Shown here one piece after another: positions 1 through 10,020 of a stretch of 64,000 nucleotides of DNA. Within the stretch, counting starts at the first letter, position 1. Every line of letters starts with the position of its first letter. Under the pieces are notes generated by a model that searched no databases, had not been told where the DNA came from, and worked only from the letters and a program-made list of their open reading frames with translations. A program made the translations under genes and the position numbers. This DNA comes from Leptolyngbyaceae cyanobacterium (GTDB lineage Bacteria; Cyanobacteriota; Cyanobacteriia; Phormidesmidales; Phormidesmidaceae). The stretch is from NCBI GenBank assembly GCA_965263355.1, contig CBDHHL010000056.1, positions 1,696,001 through 1,760,000 on the forward strand, written 5' to 3'.

Positions 1-1
1 T

Positions 2-721
2 CCAAAGGGAGCCTTAACCCGTCTGATTCTGCACTATCTGCGACTCTGGGATACCATCAGTGCCAATCGGGTAGATCGATTTATTGCCAATTCTAGATTT
101 ATCGCTAAACGTATCTGGCGGACTTATCGTCGACCCGCAAAAGTCATTTATCCACCGGTTGACGTCTCTCGTTTTGACTGGCAGCATCCTCGTGAAAACT
201 TCTATTTGACTGTGTCGCGGTTTGTCCCCTACAAGCGAGTAGATCTTACTGTTAAGGCATTTAACCAACTAAAACTACCATTGGTTGTAATTGGTGATGG
301 CTCCGACTGGAAGAAAATTTCAGCCATGGCAGGGCCACATGTTCGACTCCTAGGCCATCAACCTGACGCCGTAGTGACGGACTATATGCAACGGTGTAAA
401 GGGCTTATTTTTCCGGCGGAAGAAGACTTTGGCATTACTCCAGTAGAAGCCCAGGCGGCAGGAGCCCCAGTCATTGCTTTTGGTCGAGGAGGCGTGACTG
501 AAACGGTCGTTAACGGTAAAACAGGTGTTTTGTTTCCAGAACAGACAGTTGACAGTCTGGTACAGGCCGTAAAATCCTTTGAAGTGCATATGCCTGAATT
601 AGACCGGAATACTCTGCGTCAACAGGCTGAAAAGTTCTCGATTGAATGTTTTCGATGTCAGTTTCGTGACTGTATTGAGCAAACCCATACAGCCTTCTTG
701 CAAGGTAATCCCTTAGAGTAG
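2..721 (+). CDS. Glycosyltransferase family 4, 5'-truncated by the window edge
   Basis: Frame is open from base 2 (PKGALTRLILHYLRLWD...FIANSRFI...IYPPVD) into ORF 206..721; GT4 motif EEDFGITPVEAQAAGAPVIA. Confidence 0.9.
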   Translation, partial: PKGALTRLILHYLRLWDTISANRVDRFIANSRFIAKRIWRTYRRPAKVIYPPVDVSRFDWQHPRENFYLTVSRFVPYKRVDLTVKAFNQLKLPLVVIGDGSDWKKISAMAGPHVRLLGHQPDAVVTDYMQRCKGLIFPAEEDFGITPVEAQAAGAPVIAFGRGGVTETVVNGKTGVLFPEQTVDSLVQAVKSFEVHMPELDRNTLRQQAEKFSIECFRCQFRDCIEQTHTAFLQGNPLE

Positions 722-746
722 TTTAGGTTATCGCCTTCGGCATCTG

Positions 747-2195
747 GTGCTCATGACTCTTTCTCAGTCGACTCAACCTGCGATCGCACCTCTCAAAATA
801 AACGCTCACCCCAGTTATATGGTGAGCGCGTTGATCACAAGTGATGCCTTGTGTTTGAGTATTGCTGGCATTGCTAGTGTCTACATCCGCCTGTGGTTCA
901 ACGGCCAATATGCGCCTTCGCTTTACTGGGATCTCTGGCCATTAGTCAGCTTATTTTTACTTGGGTATGGTCTGGCTGGACTGTATCCAGGCCATGGTAT
1001 TGGCCCCGTCGAAGAGCTGCGACGATTGACCCTGACCACGACGCTGCTTTATCTCACCCTGGGGTCAGCCATCTTTCTCTTTCGCGATTTACAGTTGTAC
1101 TCCCGAGCCGCGTTTCTCATGGCCTGGGGGCTGTCAATCATCTTGGTGTTATTGGGTCGTTATGCGCTCAGAGCGTTGGTGGCCAAACGGTCCTGGTGGG
1201 GGTATCCCGTCCTTGTCCTGGGGGCAGGTGAGACCGGAGCCCTGGTAATTCGTACTTTACATCGGCATCCATCGCTGGGCTTAAAGCCTGTGGCCGTACT
1301 GGATGATGACGTCAAAAAACACGGCACGCTCGAAGATGTTCCCGTGATTGGCAATTTAGCCCAGGCCCCCAGATATGCCAATCGTGACCAAATTCCCTAT
1401 GCCATCGTGGCCATGCCCGGTGTGCATCGCGACCGACTCTTATACATTGTGCAGCGCTATGGTCGAGCCTTTCCTCACTTGTTGATTATTCCTGATCTAT
1501 TCGGGATGGCCAGTTTGTGGGTGGCCGCACGCGATCTGGGAGGTGTTCTAGGGTTAGAATCTCGCCAACAGTTATTACTACCGGGTCCAAAACTCACCAA
1601 AAGCCTCCTCGACCAATGTTTGACAGTTGTGGTTGGCCTGGTCTGTCTACCCCTGATTGCCCTGATTGCCCTTGCCATTCGCATTGACTCATCGGGACCA
1701 ATTTTTTATGCCCAGGTACGCATCGGTCGCAGAGGTCGTCCGTTTAAAGCTTGGAAATTTCGCACGATGGTACCCAATGCGGACAAAGTTCTCAAGCAGT
1801 ACCTCCACAATCAGCCAGAACTTCGTAGCCGCTGGGATCAGGACCGCAAACTTAAATACGACCCCCGTATTACCCGTTTAGGGCGCTGGTTGCGACGCAC
1901 GAGTTTAGACGAGCTGCCCCAGCTTTGGAACGTGCTACGGGGTGAAATGAGTTTGGTAGGACCACGCCCCATTGTTCACGATGAGGTCCGTCGCTACGCG
2001 GATAAGTTTGAACTTTATACCCAGGTCCTGCCTGGCCTCACTGGCTTATGGCAAGTCTCGGGACGTAATAATATTACCTACGAAGAACGGGTCAACCTGG
2101 ATGCTTACTATGTCCGTAACTGGTCAGTTTGGCTAGATCTCTATATTCTGATTCGTACAGTATGGGTAGTCCTTGTGGGGGACGGTGCGTATTAA
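747..2195 (+). CDS. wbaP: Undecaprenyl-phosphate galactose phosphotransferase (priming sugar transferase); start may be ATG 753
   Basis: N-terminal TM helices, GAGETG segment, C-terminal KFRTM...[33 protein letters not shown]. Confidence 0.88.
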   Translation: MLMTLSQSTQPAIAPLKINAHPSYMVSALITSDALCLSIAGIASVYIRLWFNGQYAPSLYWDLWPLVSLFLLGYGLAGLYPGHGIGPVEELRRLTLTTTLLYLTLGSAIFLFRDLQLYSRAAFLMAWGLSIILVLLGRYALRALVAKRSWWGYPVLVLGAGETGALVIRTLHRHPSLGLKPVAVLDDDVKKHGTLEDVPVIGNLAQAPRYANRDQIPYAIVAMPGVHRDRLLYIVQRYGRAFPHLLIIPDLFGMASLWVAARDLGGVLGLESRQQLLLPGPKLTKSLLDQCLTVVVGLVCLPLIALIALAIRIDSSGPIFYAQVRIGRRGRPFKAWKFRTMVPNADKVLKQYLHNQPELRSRWDQDRKLKYDPRITRLGRWLRRTSLDELPQLWNVLRGEMSLVGPRPIVHDEVRRYADKFELYTQVLPGLTGLWQVSGRNNITYEERVNLDAYYVRNWSVWLDLYILIRTVWVVLVGDGAY

Positions 2196-3444
2196 CTCAA
2201 CCCAATCTACGAAAAAGATTTTCACGATCCTACGCTCAGGGCCTGGTGACGACTGGCTATGGATCAGTGCATTGGTGGTGTTGCCCTTTGCTAGCTACTT
2301 GGGGTTAGGTATCTTGGTAGTGCTGATACTCACAGCTCTGGGACAGCGCTTCCGTCCCATTTGGCGAACGTTGGGGCAACAAGGCTACGGGATTTTAACC
2401 CTGGGGTTATTGATTAGCGCTTGTTTTGCCGTTAATCGTGGTGATGCCTGGCTGCAACTGGCTAATTTTCTGCCCTATTTTTTGTTGGTTGGCGTACTTC
2501 ACACTGCACCACGCTTTTGTTCGTCTAGGCCTATTTTTACAACTATCGTCCAGGCCCTAGTACTTGGGTCGTTACCATTTAGTACCGCTGCCCTGGTTGA
2601 ATATATTGTTCGATTCCCAGGGGTTACTGCCCATGTCCGTGACTGGTCGATCTTTCAATGGATTTTTGATGTGAGCTTTGTTGGTCACCGTGCCCATGGT
2701 GGCCTCAGTCACCCCAATATTTTGAGCAATTACTTGGTGATTGTGCTGGGGTTAGGGCTGGGGATACTTTTAGGGCAAATGCGATCGCACCTTAAACAGT
2801 CTGCTCAGATGACTATTGTGATGGTAGCCGCAACGGGGTTGGCCGGGGTCGGTATATTTTTCACCAGTTCTCGCAATGGGTTATTAGCTGCTGTTGCTTT
2901 GTTATTAATTGCTGGCTACCTGGCTAGGCGACATCGCTGGGTATGGGTCTTGGGCCTGGTTATTTTTAGTGTGATGACAACAGGGCTACTGGTTTTAGGA
3001 TTTGGTGGGCGTACCCTGAGTTTGGCACTCTTTACCCAAGATCCGCGCGTGGCCGCTTGGCAAATTGCCCTGAAGCTAATTCAACAGCGTCCTTTAGTCG
3101 GTTGGGGGCTAGGAGGATTTAGTCACCAATATGTTCCTTTTAGTGTGACTGGCCATGAGCGTCTGTTTCATCCCCACAATCTCTGGCTTTACTTGGCCTG
3201 TGACACCGGCATATTCAACTTATTACTCTTTTGTTGGGTCGTTGGACGCACTTACATAACTGGCATTCGCCGTCTGATGATGGCTAACTACAATCCAATG
3301 CTACTAAGTTACGTACTGGCCTTTACTGGGTGTATGCTATTTGCCTTGTTTGATGTCACCCTCTTTGATGCCCGCATTAATGTATTGAGTTGGTTTATTC
3401 TGGCAGCCATTGGCCCATTGGCAAGCAGTCAAACCGTCAATTAG
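2173..3444 (+). CDS. O-antigen ligase / Wzy_C family membrane protein (start uncertain)
   Basis: Multi-TM protein with HPN, TSSRNG, RPLVGWGLGGF and HPHNLWL motifs; follows wbaP. Confidence 0.85.
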   Translation: MWGTVRINSTQSTKKIFTILRSGPGDDWLWISALVVLPFASYLGLGILVVLILTALGQRFRPIWRTLGQQGYGILTLGLLISACFAVNRGDAWLQLANFLPYFLLVGVLHTAPRFCSSRPIFTTIVQALVLGSLPFSTAALVEYIVRFPGVTAHVRDWSIFQWIFDVSFVGHRAHGGLSHPNILSNYLVIVLGLGLGILLGQMRSHLKQSAQMTIVMVAATGLAGVGIFFTSSRNGLLAAVALLLIAGYLARRHRWVWVLGLVIFSVMTTGLLVLGFGGRTLSLALFTQDPRVAAWQIALKLIQQRPLVGWGLGGFSHQYVPFSVTGHERLFHPHNLWLYLACDTGIFNLLLFCWVVGRTYITGIRRLMMANYNPMLLSYVLAFTGCMLFALFDVTLFDARINVLSWFILAAIGPLASSQTVN

Positions 3445-3877
3445 CGGTAGAGCAAAAACCCACTAAACAGTTCATTCAACTAATGTAAGGGCAGAGAAGC
3501 GTTGTGCCTGCTTCCCTACCCTCTTAAACTAAAGCAAACTTGAGTCGGGCTTAGATTAGCTTTACAGCTTTTAGACCGTAATACATACCAATACCAGCAC
3601 CCGCTGCGCCAAATAAAAGTACCAGGTAAACTAAGGCTCCAGTCATCACCAAACTCCTCTTTGTAAAAACCAAACTCTTTGTAAAAACCCAAAAAGCTGC
3701 ATACTTTTTTTATAAAACTAAAAAAGACGCATAGTTCAATTGAAACACGTTCCCTGACGGTTTGTGGCAACAAGTAGAGCGATACATCCCTTGACCACAG
3801 CATCAAATGTGAGCCTCTAAGGCTAGAATAAAAAACCTGGTTATTTTTTGCAGACTAAACATTTTGGCAGACAGAGC

Positions 3878-5281
3878 ATGAGTAAGGGCACGTTATTTGA
3901 CAAGGTTTGGGCTCTGCATACGGTGACCACCCTGCCGTCAGGCCAGACCCAGCTGTTTATTGGTCTGCATTTGATCCATGAGGTGACTAGTCCGCAGGCG
4001 TTTGCCATGTTGCGCGATCGCAACCTGAAGGTCATGTATCCCGACCGCACGGTTGCCACAGTCGACCACATCGTCCCCACCGACAGTCAAGCTCGCCCCT
4101 TTGCCGACAGCCTAGCCGAAGCCATGATGGTCGCCCTAGAAAGCAACACCAACACCAATGGCATTCGCTTCTTTAATGTCGGTTCTGGTCACCAAGGGAT
4201 TGTCCATGTCATTGCCCCCGAGCAAGGGCTAACCCAACCGGGCATGACCATTGCCTGTGGTGATAGCCACACCTCCACCCATGGTGCCTTCGGCGCAATT
4301 GCTTTTGGTATTGGTACCAGCCAAGTACGCGATGTCCTAGCTTCCCAAACCCTGTCTCTCGATAAACTTAATGTTCGGCGCATTGAAGTCAATGGCACCC
4401 TGGCACCCGGCGTTTATGCCAAAGATGTAATTTTGCACATTATCCGTACCCTTGGGGCTAAAGCCGGGGCAGGCTATGCCTATGAATATGCTGGCAACAC
4501 CATCGAAGCCATGTCCATGGAAGAGCGGATGACCCTGTGCAATATGTCCATTGAGGGTGGTGCCCGTTGCGGTTATGTTAATCCCGATCCAATTACCTAC
4601 AACTATCTGAGGGGGAGAGCGTTTGCCCCTCAAGACGATAAATTTGAGCAGGCCATTGCCTGGTGGGAGAGCCTGCGCAGCGAATCCAATGCCGAATACG
4701 ATGATGTAGTTATCTTTGACGCTCAGGAGATTCCCCCTACCGTTACCTGGGGGATTAGCCCCGATCAAGCCATTGGCGTTGACGAAGCGATTCCCAGCCT
4801 GACCTCTTTTAAGGTCGATGAACAACCTCTAATTCAAGAAGCTTACTCCTACATGGACTTAGCCCCTGGCCAACCCATGCTTGGAACTCCCATTGATGTC
4901 TGTTTTATCGGCAGTTGCACCAATGGACGTCTCAGCGATTTGCGAGAAGCTGCCAAAGTGGCCCAAGGACGTCAAGTAGCCCAAGGTATCAAAGCCTTTG
5001 TCGTATCCGGTTCAGAACAAGTAAAACAGCAAGCTGAAGCCGAAGGGCTGGACAAAATATTTTTAGAAGCAGGGTTTGAATGGCGAGAACCAGGGTGTTC
5101 TATGTGTCTGGCAATGAATCCTGACAAGCTACAAGAGCGTCAAATCAGTGCCTCATCCTCAAATCGCAACTTTAAAGGACGTCAAGGCTCGGCTTCAGGA
5201 AGAACATTACTCATGAGTCCGGCTATGGTAGCCCTAGCTGCAATTAATGGCCAAGTAAGTGATGTACGCAGCTTACTATAG
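3878..5281 (+). CDS. leuC: 3-isopropylmalate dehydratase large subunit
   Basis: [44 protein letters not shown] at 3878 is in frame with ORF 3848. Confidence 0.97.
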   Translation: MSKGTLFDKVWALHTVTTLPSGQTQLFIGLHLIHEVTSPQAFAMLRDRNLKVMYPDRTVATVDHIVPTDSQARPFADSLAEAMMVALESNTNTNGIRFFNVGSGHQGIVHVIAPEQGLTQPGMTIACGDSHTSTHGAFGAIAFGIGTSQVRDVLASQTLSLDKLNVRRIEVNGTLAPGVYAKDVILHIIRTLGAKAGAGYAYEYAGNTIEAMSMEERMTLCNMSIEGGARCGYVNPDPITYNYLRGRAFAPQDDKFEQAIAWWESLRSESNAEYDDVVIFDAQEIPPTVTWGISPDQAIGVDEAIPSLTSFKVDEQPLIQEAYSYMDLAPGQPMLGTPIDVCFIGSCTNGRLSDLREAAKVAQGRQVAQGIKAFVVSGSEQVKQQAEAEGLDKIFLEAGFEWREPGCSMCLAMNPDKLQERQISASSSNRNFKGRQGSASGRTLLMSPAMVALAAINGQVSDVRSLL

Positions 5282-5402
5282 GTATGCAAAAGACAGCGCA
5301 ATACTAAGACGCTTGTAATCCTAGAAATTCCTGACACTAGCAATAGTGAAATATTTTTTCTTTAGCAAGATATAAATGGATACCATCAAAAGTTTCGCTT
5401 TT

Positions 5403-5432
5403 CTTAACCTTTTGATTACCTTACGTTAAGTT
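5403..5432 (+). promoter_or_regulatory. Putative Pho box (SphR/PhoB site)
   Basis: CTTAACCT-TTT-GATTACCT-TAC-GTTAAGTT, three 8-mers at 11-bp period, upstream of the Crp-family gene. Confidence 0.5.
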
Positions 5433-5680
5433 TTTGCCTTAATCATGTCGGTATTATCGATTAAGCGAACCTCAAAATGCTGCTGAATCAGGATTTAGCT
5501 TGATTACACTAATTTATAGAGCTACTCTCTCGTGTTGAAGGGTTATCCGAAAAGCAGCAGTACTAACTTCATTTTTAGCAGAGTTATTCAAGCATTACCG
5601 TTGGCTAAAATACATCTCTGCTGTCACTTGCTTACATAGCCGACTGCTCATCCAGCATTCACAGGGGCCTAGTTTTTTCT

Positions 5681-6313
5681 ATGTCAGTACATCAGCTCAC
5701 CCACAGCAACCGTACGTCAGACCATTACATTGCTTTACTTGAGCAACTTTATCACGAGCGTAATCTAGCTCAATTCACAGCAGGGCAAAGCATTCCCCTA
5801 AGGCGTGGCGAGATATATGTCATTTGCCGAGGCATTGTCCAACTGCACACCATTCATCCTGACGGCAGTGAAACATTGCTAGGTCTCGCTGGCCCTTCTA
5901 TGCCCTTTGGCCTTAGCTTTACTGGAGTAAGTCCCTATTGGGCTACGGCACTGACACCGGTAGATGTTCTACCACTCTCGATGGCAGAACTCGAAAATTC
6001 TCCCACACTGATGGCAGGCTTATTTACCCATCTATCTAGACGTTTGCAACAATCGGAAGCTTGGCTTGCACTCTCTGGTAAGCGTTTGGTAGCCGATAGA
6101 CTACGGCAGCTTCTAATTATGCTAGCCCAAGATTTTGGTCAAGTAGAACCCCAAGGCGTTAAATTGACAATCCGTTTAACCCATCATCAACTAGCCACTA
6201 CCATTGGCACCACGAGAGTAACAGTTACTCGCCTGCTTAGAGACTTTCGCAAAGAAGGTTGGCTTAAAATTCATCAACGCTATCTTATTTTGCCCTTAAG
6301 TATGCTCTCGTAG
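5681..6313 (+). CDS. Crp/Fnr family transcriptional regulator (PtrA/CysR-like)
   Basis: LLGLAGP..PFG effector domain; C-terminal HTH RLTHHQLATTIGTTRVTVTRLL. Confidence 0.9.
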   Translation: MSVHQLTHSNRTSDHYIALLEQLYHERNLAQFTAGQSIPLRRGEIYVICRGIVQLHTIHPDGSETLLGLAGPSMPFGLSFTGVSPYWATALTPVDVLPLSMAELENSPTLMAGLFTHLSRRLQQSEAWLALSGKRLVADRLRQLLIMLAQDFGQVEPQGVKLTIRLTHHQLATTIGTTRVTVTRLLRDFRKEGWLKIHQRYLILPLSMLS

Positions 6314-6901
6314 GTTTTGGATAAGGTCCAAAGTCGACTGTAGTCGCCTCGTTAAATTTTTAGCCACATGTCTAAGGGTAGTTTTGCACAAAAAATCTTT
6401 GGCTTTTAACTAGGACTTAATTTACATATTACTGGCCCCTAAAGCATGTTTGGATATCTGACCAATTGTCAGGTATCTTTTTTTATGATTGTGCCAATGT
6501 GCAAAAAATCCCCGATTTTACATAGGTTTCAGAGTTTATTTAGAGATGTGAAACATACCCGAGATTTGTTCTAGTAGACAAACAGTTCAAAAAAGCAATG
6601 CTAATCTAATGAGCCATAAGAACAAATCGCTTTAATCAATTATTTATCTTACTGGTATCCAAATTAAACAGTTTTATTAGGTAGTGAATTATCCAACCAC
6701 CTAAGTTAAGCTGTCCCAAACAGGCAATTAATTGATTGATCTAATTATTCAAAACCTCGCTAGACATTTAATCCATCAGGAATATTTGGAAGATTAGAGG
6801 ATCCAGAGCTTGACCTTGGGCCTCAGATTTATTTATCTGCATTCGATCTGCTGCACCTCTGGTGCTTGCTTAATGAAATATCACATCAGACCTATCTATT
6901 C

Positions 6902-8713
6902 ATGCTGACAACGTCTAAAACCACCATATCCTTCAAACGCTTTACAGCTAAGGTCTATTCTTCGCTAAGCGCGGTTTATTCCGAAGAACAACTTGATATC
7001 CTTCTACCTCGACTGTACGAACTGACAAGGGAACATCTCAAAGTTCACTCCCAGGAAGATTTAGGTAAATGGGATCAGGATAACGTCTTGCTCATAACTT
7101 ATGGTGATAGCATTCGCAGCGACAACACATCTCCACTCCAAACACTCCACCAGTTTCTCAATACTCGTTTGGCCGATACTGTCACCGGTGTTCATATTCT
7201 TCCTTTCTTCCCTTATAGTTCCGACGATGGATTTTCAGTCATTGATTTTCTAGAAGTCAATCCAGCTCTAGGGAATTGGGCTGATGTAGAAGCCATTGGC
7301 CGTAACTTTAACTTAATGTTTGACCTGGTTGCCAACCATGTTTCTAGTCAGAGCGATTGGTTTCAACAGTTTAAACAAGACCAACTCCCTGGACGCAATT
7401 ACTTTATTAGCCTACCTGCAGATACATCTGTGGCCCATATCGTCAGACCTCGTAGTAGCCCGCTGCTTACGCCAGTAGAAACAACCCAAGGCATTCAATA
7501 TGTATGGACAACATTTAGTGCTGACCAGATCGATTTAGACTACAGCAATCCAGACGTATTTTTAGAATTTATCAATATTATTCTGGCCTATGTCCTTCAC
7601 GGTGCCCGTTATATTCGCTTAGATGCGGTTGGCTTTTTATGGAAGTCCTTAAATACCTGCTGTATACACTTACCTGAGACCCATAAACTTATTCAAACTT
7701 TCCGCGAGATTCTGCAAATGATCGATCCAGGCGTTGCCCTGATCACTGAAACTAATGTGCCGAATCGTGAGAACCTCAGCTATTTTGGGAACCGCAACGA
7801 AGCCCATATGATCTACAATTTCAGCCTGCCGCCACTGCTGCTGAATGCGTTAATGCAAGGTCATGCAGACCACCTCAAAACCTGGATGATGAGCATGCCA
7901 CCAGCGCCTATCGGCTGTGCCTATTTTAATTTCACCGCCTCCCATGATGGCATTGGTATGCGTCCTACTGAGGGATTGTTGGCAGACAAAGAATTTCAAA
8001 CGTTGATCAATACTATGCGTAGCTTTGGTGCTCAAATCAGCATGCGCAGTAAGCCTGACGGCACTGAATCACCTTACGAGATTAATATTTCATTATTTGA
8101 TGCCTGCAAAGGTACAGCCCAAGGGCCTGACCAATGGCAAATTGAGCGTTTTATTTGCTCACAAACGGTAATGATGTCCCTGGAAGGAATTCCCGCCTTC
8201 TATATCCACAGTTTATTAGCTACGCCTAATGATATTGAAGGCATGAAAGCCACTGGTCATAACCGCTCGATTAACCGCCATTCCTGGGATAAAAAACGTT
8301 TGGATGCGCTCCTGAACGATCCTAAGTCTCCCCAGTCTATTATCCTAACAGAGTTATCACGTCTAATTCAGATTCGTCGTCAGCAAAAAGCATTTCACCC
8401 TAATGCAACTCAGTACACATTGCACCCAGAAAATTCAGCTATTTTGGCGTTCTGGCGTCAGAGCCTGGCTCGCGATCAGAGCATTTTTTCAATCCACAAT
8501 CTTAGCAACCAGCCCCATACACTGTGTCTGAGTGAACTGAACTTAGTGAATACTGATAGCTGGATGGATTTGATTAGCGGCGAACATTTTGACGATTTGC
8601 ATGGGGTTTATGAGCTGAGGCCCTATCAGTCAGTTTGGCTGACAAATCGTCCATATTATGATCCGTCAAATACACCGGAGCATGTCGATTTAGAGTTTCT
8701 TTATCAGGCTTAG
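6902..8713 (+). CDS. GH13_18 sugar phosphorylase, probably glucosylglycerate phosphorylase (start uncertain, 6866-6902)
   Basis: LITYGD, HILPFFPYSSDDGF, RLDAVGF, ITETNVP, ASHDGIG, YEINIS motifs. Confidence 0.85.
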   Translation: MLTTSKTTISFKRFTAKVYSSLSAVYSEEQLDILLPRLYELTREHLKVHSQEDLGKWDQDNVLLITYGDSIRSDNTSPLQTLHQFLNTRLADTVTGVHILPFFPYSSDDGFSVIDFLEVNPALGNWADVEAIGRNFNLMFDLVANHVSSQSDWFQQFKQDQLPGRNYFISLPADTSVAHIVRPRSSPLLTPVETTQGIQYVWTTFSADQIDLDYSNPDVFLEFINIILAYVLHGARYIRLDAVGFLWKSLNTCCIHLPETHKLIQTFREILQMIDPGVALITETNVPNRENLSYFGNRNEAHMIYNFSLPPLLLNALMQGHADHLKTWMMSMPPAPIGCAYFNFTASHDGIGMRPTEGLLADKEFQTLINTMRSFGAQISMRSKPDGTESPYEINISLFDACKGTAQGPDQWQIERFICSQTVMMSLEGIPAFYIHSLLATPNDIEGMKATGHNRSINRHSWDKKRLDALLNDPKSPQSIILTELSRLIQIRRQQKAFHPNATQYTLHPENSAILAFWRQSLARDQSIFSIHNLSNQPHTLCLSELNLVNTDSWMDLISGEHFDDLHGVYELRPYQSVWLTNRPYYDPSNTPEHVDLEFLYQA

Positions 8714-8760
8714 CGGTAAGGGGTACATGCTCAAACCTCTAACAATACCTATTGAGGAGT

Positions 8761-9318
8761 TCAAGTATTGAGTTTTCCAATAGGTGTAATAAGGCCATCA
8801 ATACTCACACTACCCTTTTCAATTTGATATTGTGCCACGCCCTCGGGACCTTTCTTCTCAGCCCAAACGGGCAGCGTAGGACGTTGTCCCTGGTAGTCAT
8901 AAAGGGGAACACCATAACCGCAGGATGTTTGGACTCGATGGATATCGATGACGATTATCTGCCGGGTGCCAGATATGCCTGGGAAAAAGGGCTGTAAATT
9001 TGCCCAATAGTCATCACTGGGCAAGACTACAGATCCTTGGCCGTATAGCCGTAAAATCAACGGTTGTCGGTCAAAACTGCAAAACATTACCGTAATCCGC
9101 CTATTTTCAATGACATGGGCGGAAGTTTCATTTCCACTTCCCGTGAGATCCAAATATGCCACCTGGGTAGGGGATAAGACGCGAAATGCATCTAAGCCTT
9201 TGGGAGAGACGTTAACGTGTCCATTAGCTGTGAGGGGAGCCGTAGCAACAAAAAAGAGTTGCTGCTTTTGAATAAACTCCTGATGGACTGGAGTTAGTTC
9301 GGCAAACACGTTGGCCAT
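8761..9318 (-). CDS. Pyridoxamine 5'-phosphate oxidase family protein
   Basis: FFVATAP..GHVNVSPKG, YLDLTGSGNET, SCGYGVP. Confidence 0.9.
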   Translation of the reverse strand: MANVFAELTPVHQEFIQKQQLFFVATAPLTANGHVNVSPKGLDAFRVLSPTQVAYLDLTGSGNETSAHVIENRRITVMFCSFDRQPLILRLYGQGSVVLPSDDYWANLQPFFPGISGTRQIIVIDIHRVQTSCGYGVPLYDYQGQRPTLPVWAEKKGPEGVAQYQIEKGSVSIDGLITPIGKLNT

Positions 9319-9398
9319 GGAGAAGTCTCTTTATTAGAAAGCGTTGCCTCACGTTACCATAGTGAACTGGTAACGTCGTATAGTGCCTAAAACACATT

Positions 9399-10013
9399 AT
9401 GGTTCAGACAACGTCTAAAATCATGTCGGTCAGTGGTTCAGGTATTCCTCTACTGGGTAATGACATTGATACCGACCGTATTATTCCGGCTCGATTTTTG
9501 CGCTGCGTTACATTCGATGGTCTGGGAGAAAATGTGTTTGCAGATGATCGAACTCAGAGCCAAGGGAATCACCCATTTGAGCAGTCCCAATATCAACATG
9601 CCAAAATTTTAGTGGTTAATAGCAACTTTGGCTGTGGCTCATCCCGTGAACATGCTCCCCAATCAATTATGCGCTGGGGCATCAGAGCAATCATTGGGGA
9701 AAGTTTTGCAGAAATTTTCTTAGGAAACTGTGTTGCTATTGGCATGCCATGCGTTACTGCCAAACCAGATATCGTTGCTCAGCTACAGACCTTGATTACA
9801 GACGCCCCTAAGCTTGAACTGACTCTAAATTTAGCAACTCAAACAATTTCTTGCCATGGCCTAAATGAAGCAATCACCATCAAAGAAGGTAACCGTCAAA
9901 TGTTTATCAACGGTACTTGGGATGCTTGTGGTCAGCTACTAAACCAGTCAGAACAAATTAAGGCTACAGCAGCCAAACTTCCCTACGTTAGTTGGAGTAG
10001 AAAATTAGTTTGA
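9399..10013 (+). CDS. leuD: 3-isopropylmalate dehydratase small subunit
   Basis: [25 protein letters not shown]. Confidence 0.97.
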   Translation: MVQTTSKIMSVSGSGIPLLGNDIDTDRIIPARFLRCVTFDGLGENVFADDRTQSQGNHPFEQSQYQHAKILVVNSNFGCGSSREHAPQSIMRWGIRAIIGESFAEIFLGNCVAIGMPCVTAKPDIVAQLQTLITDAPKLELTLNLATQTISCHGLNEAITIKEGNRQMFINGTWDACGQLLNQSEQIKATAAKLPYVSWSRKLV

Positions 10014-10020
10014 TGCAATA

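Noticed and set aside
3516..3806. 96-aa minus-strand ORF
   Set aside because: Low-complexity translation of the repeat-rich leuC upstream region, with no recognisable motif.
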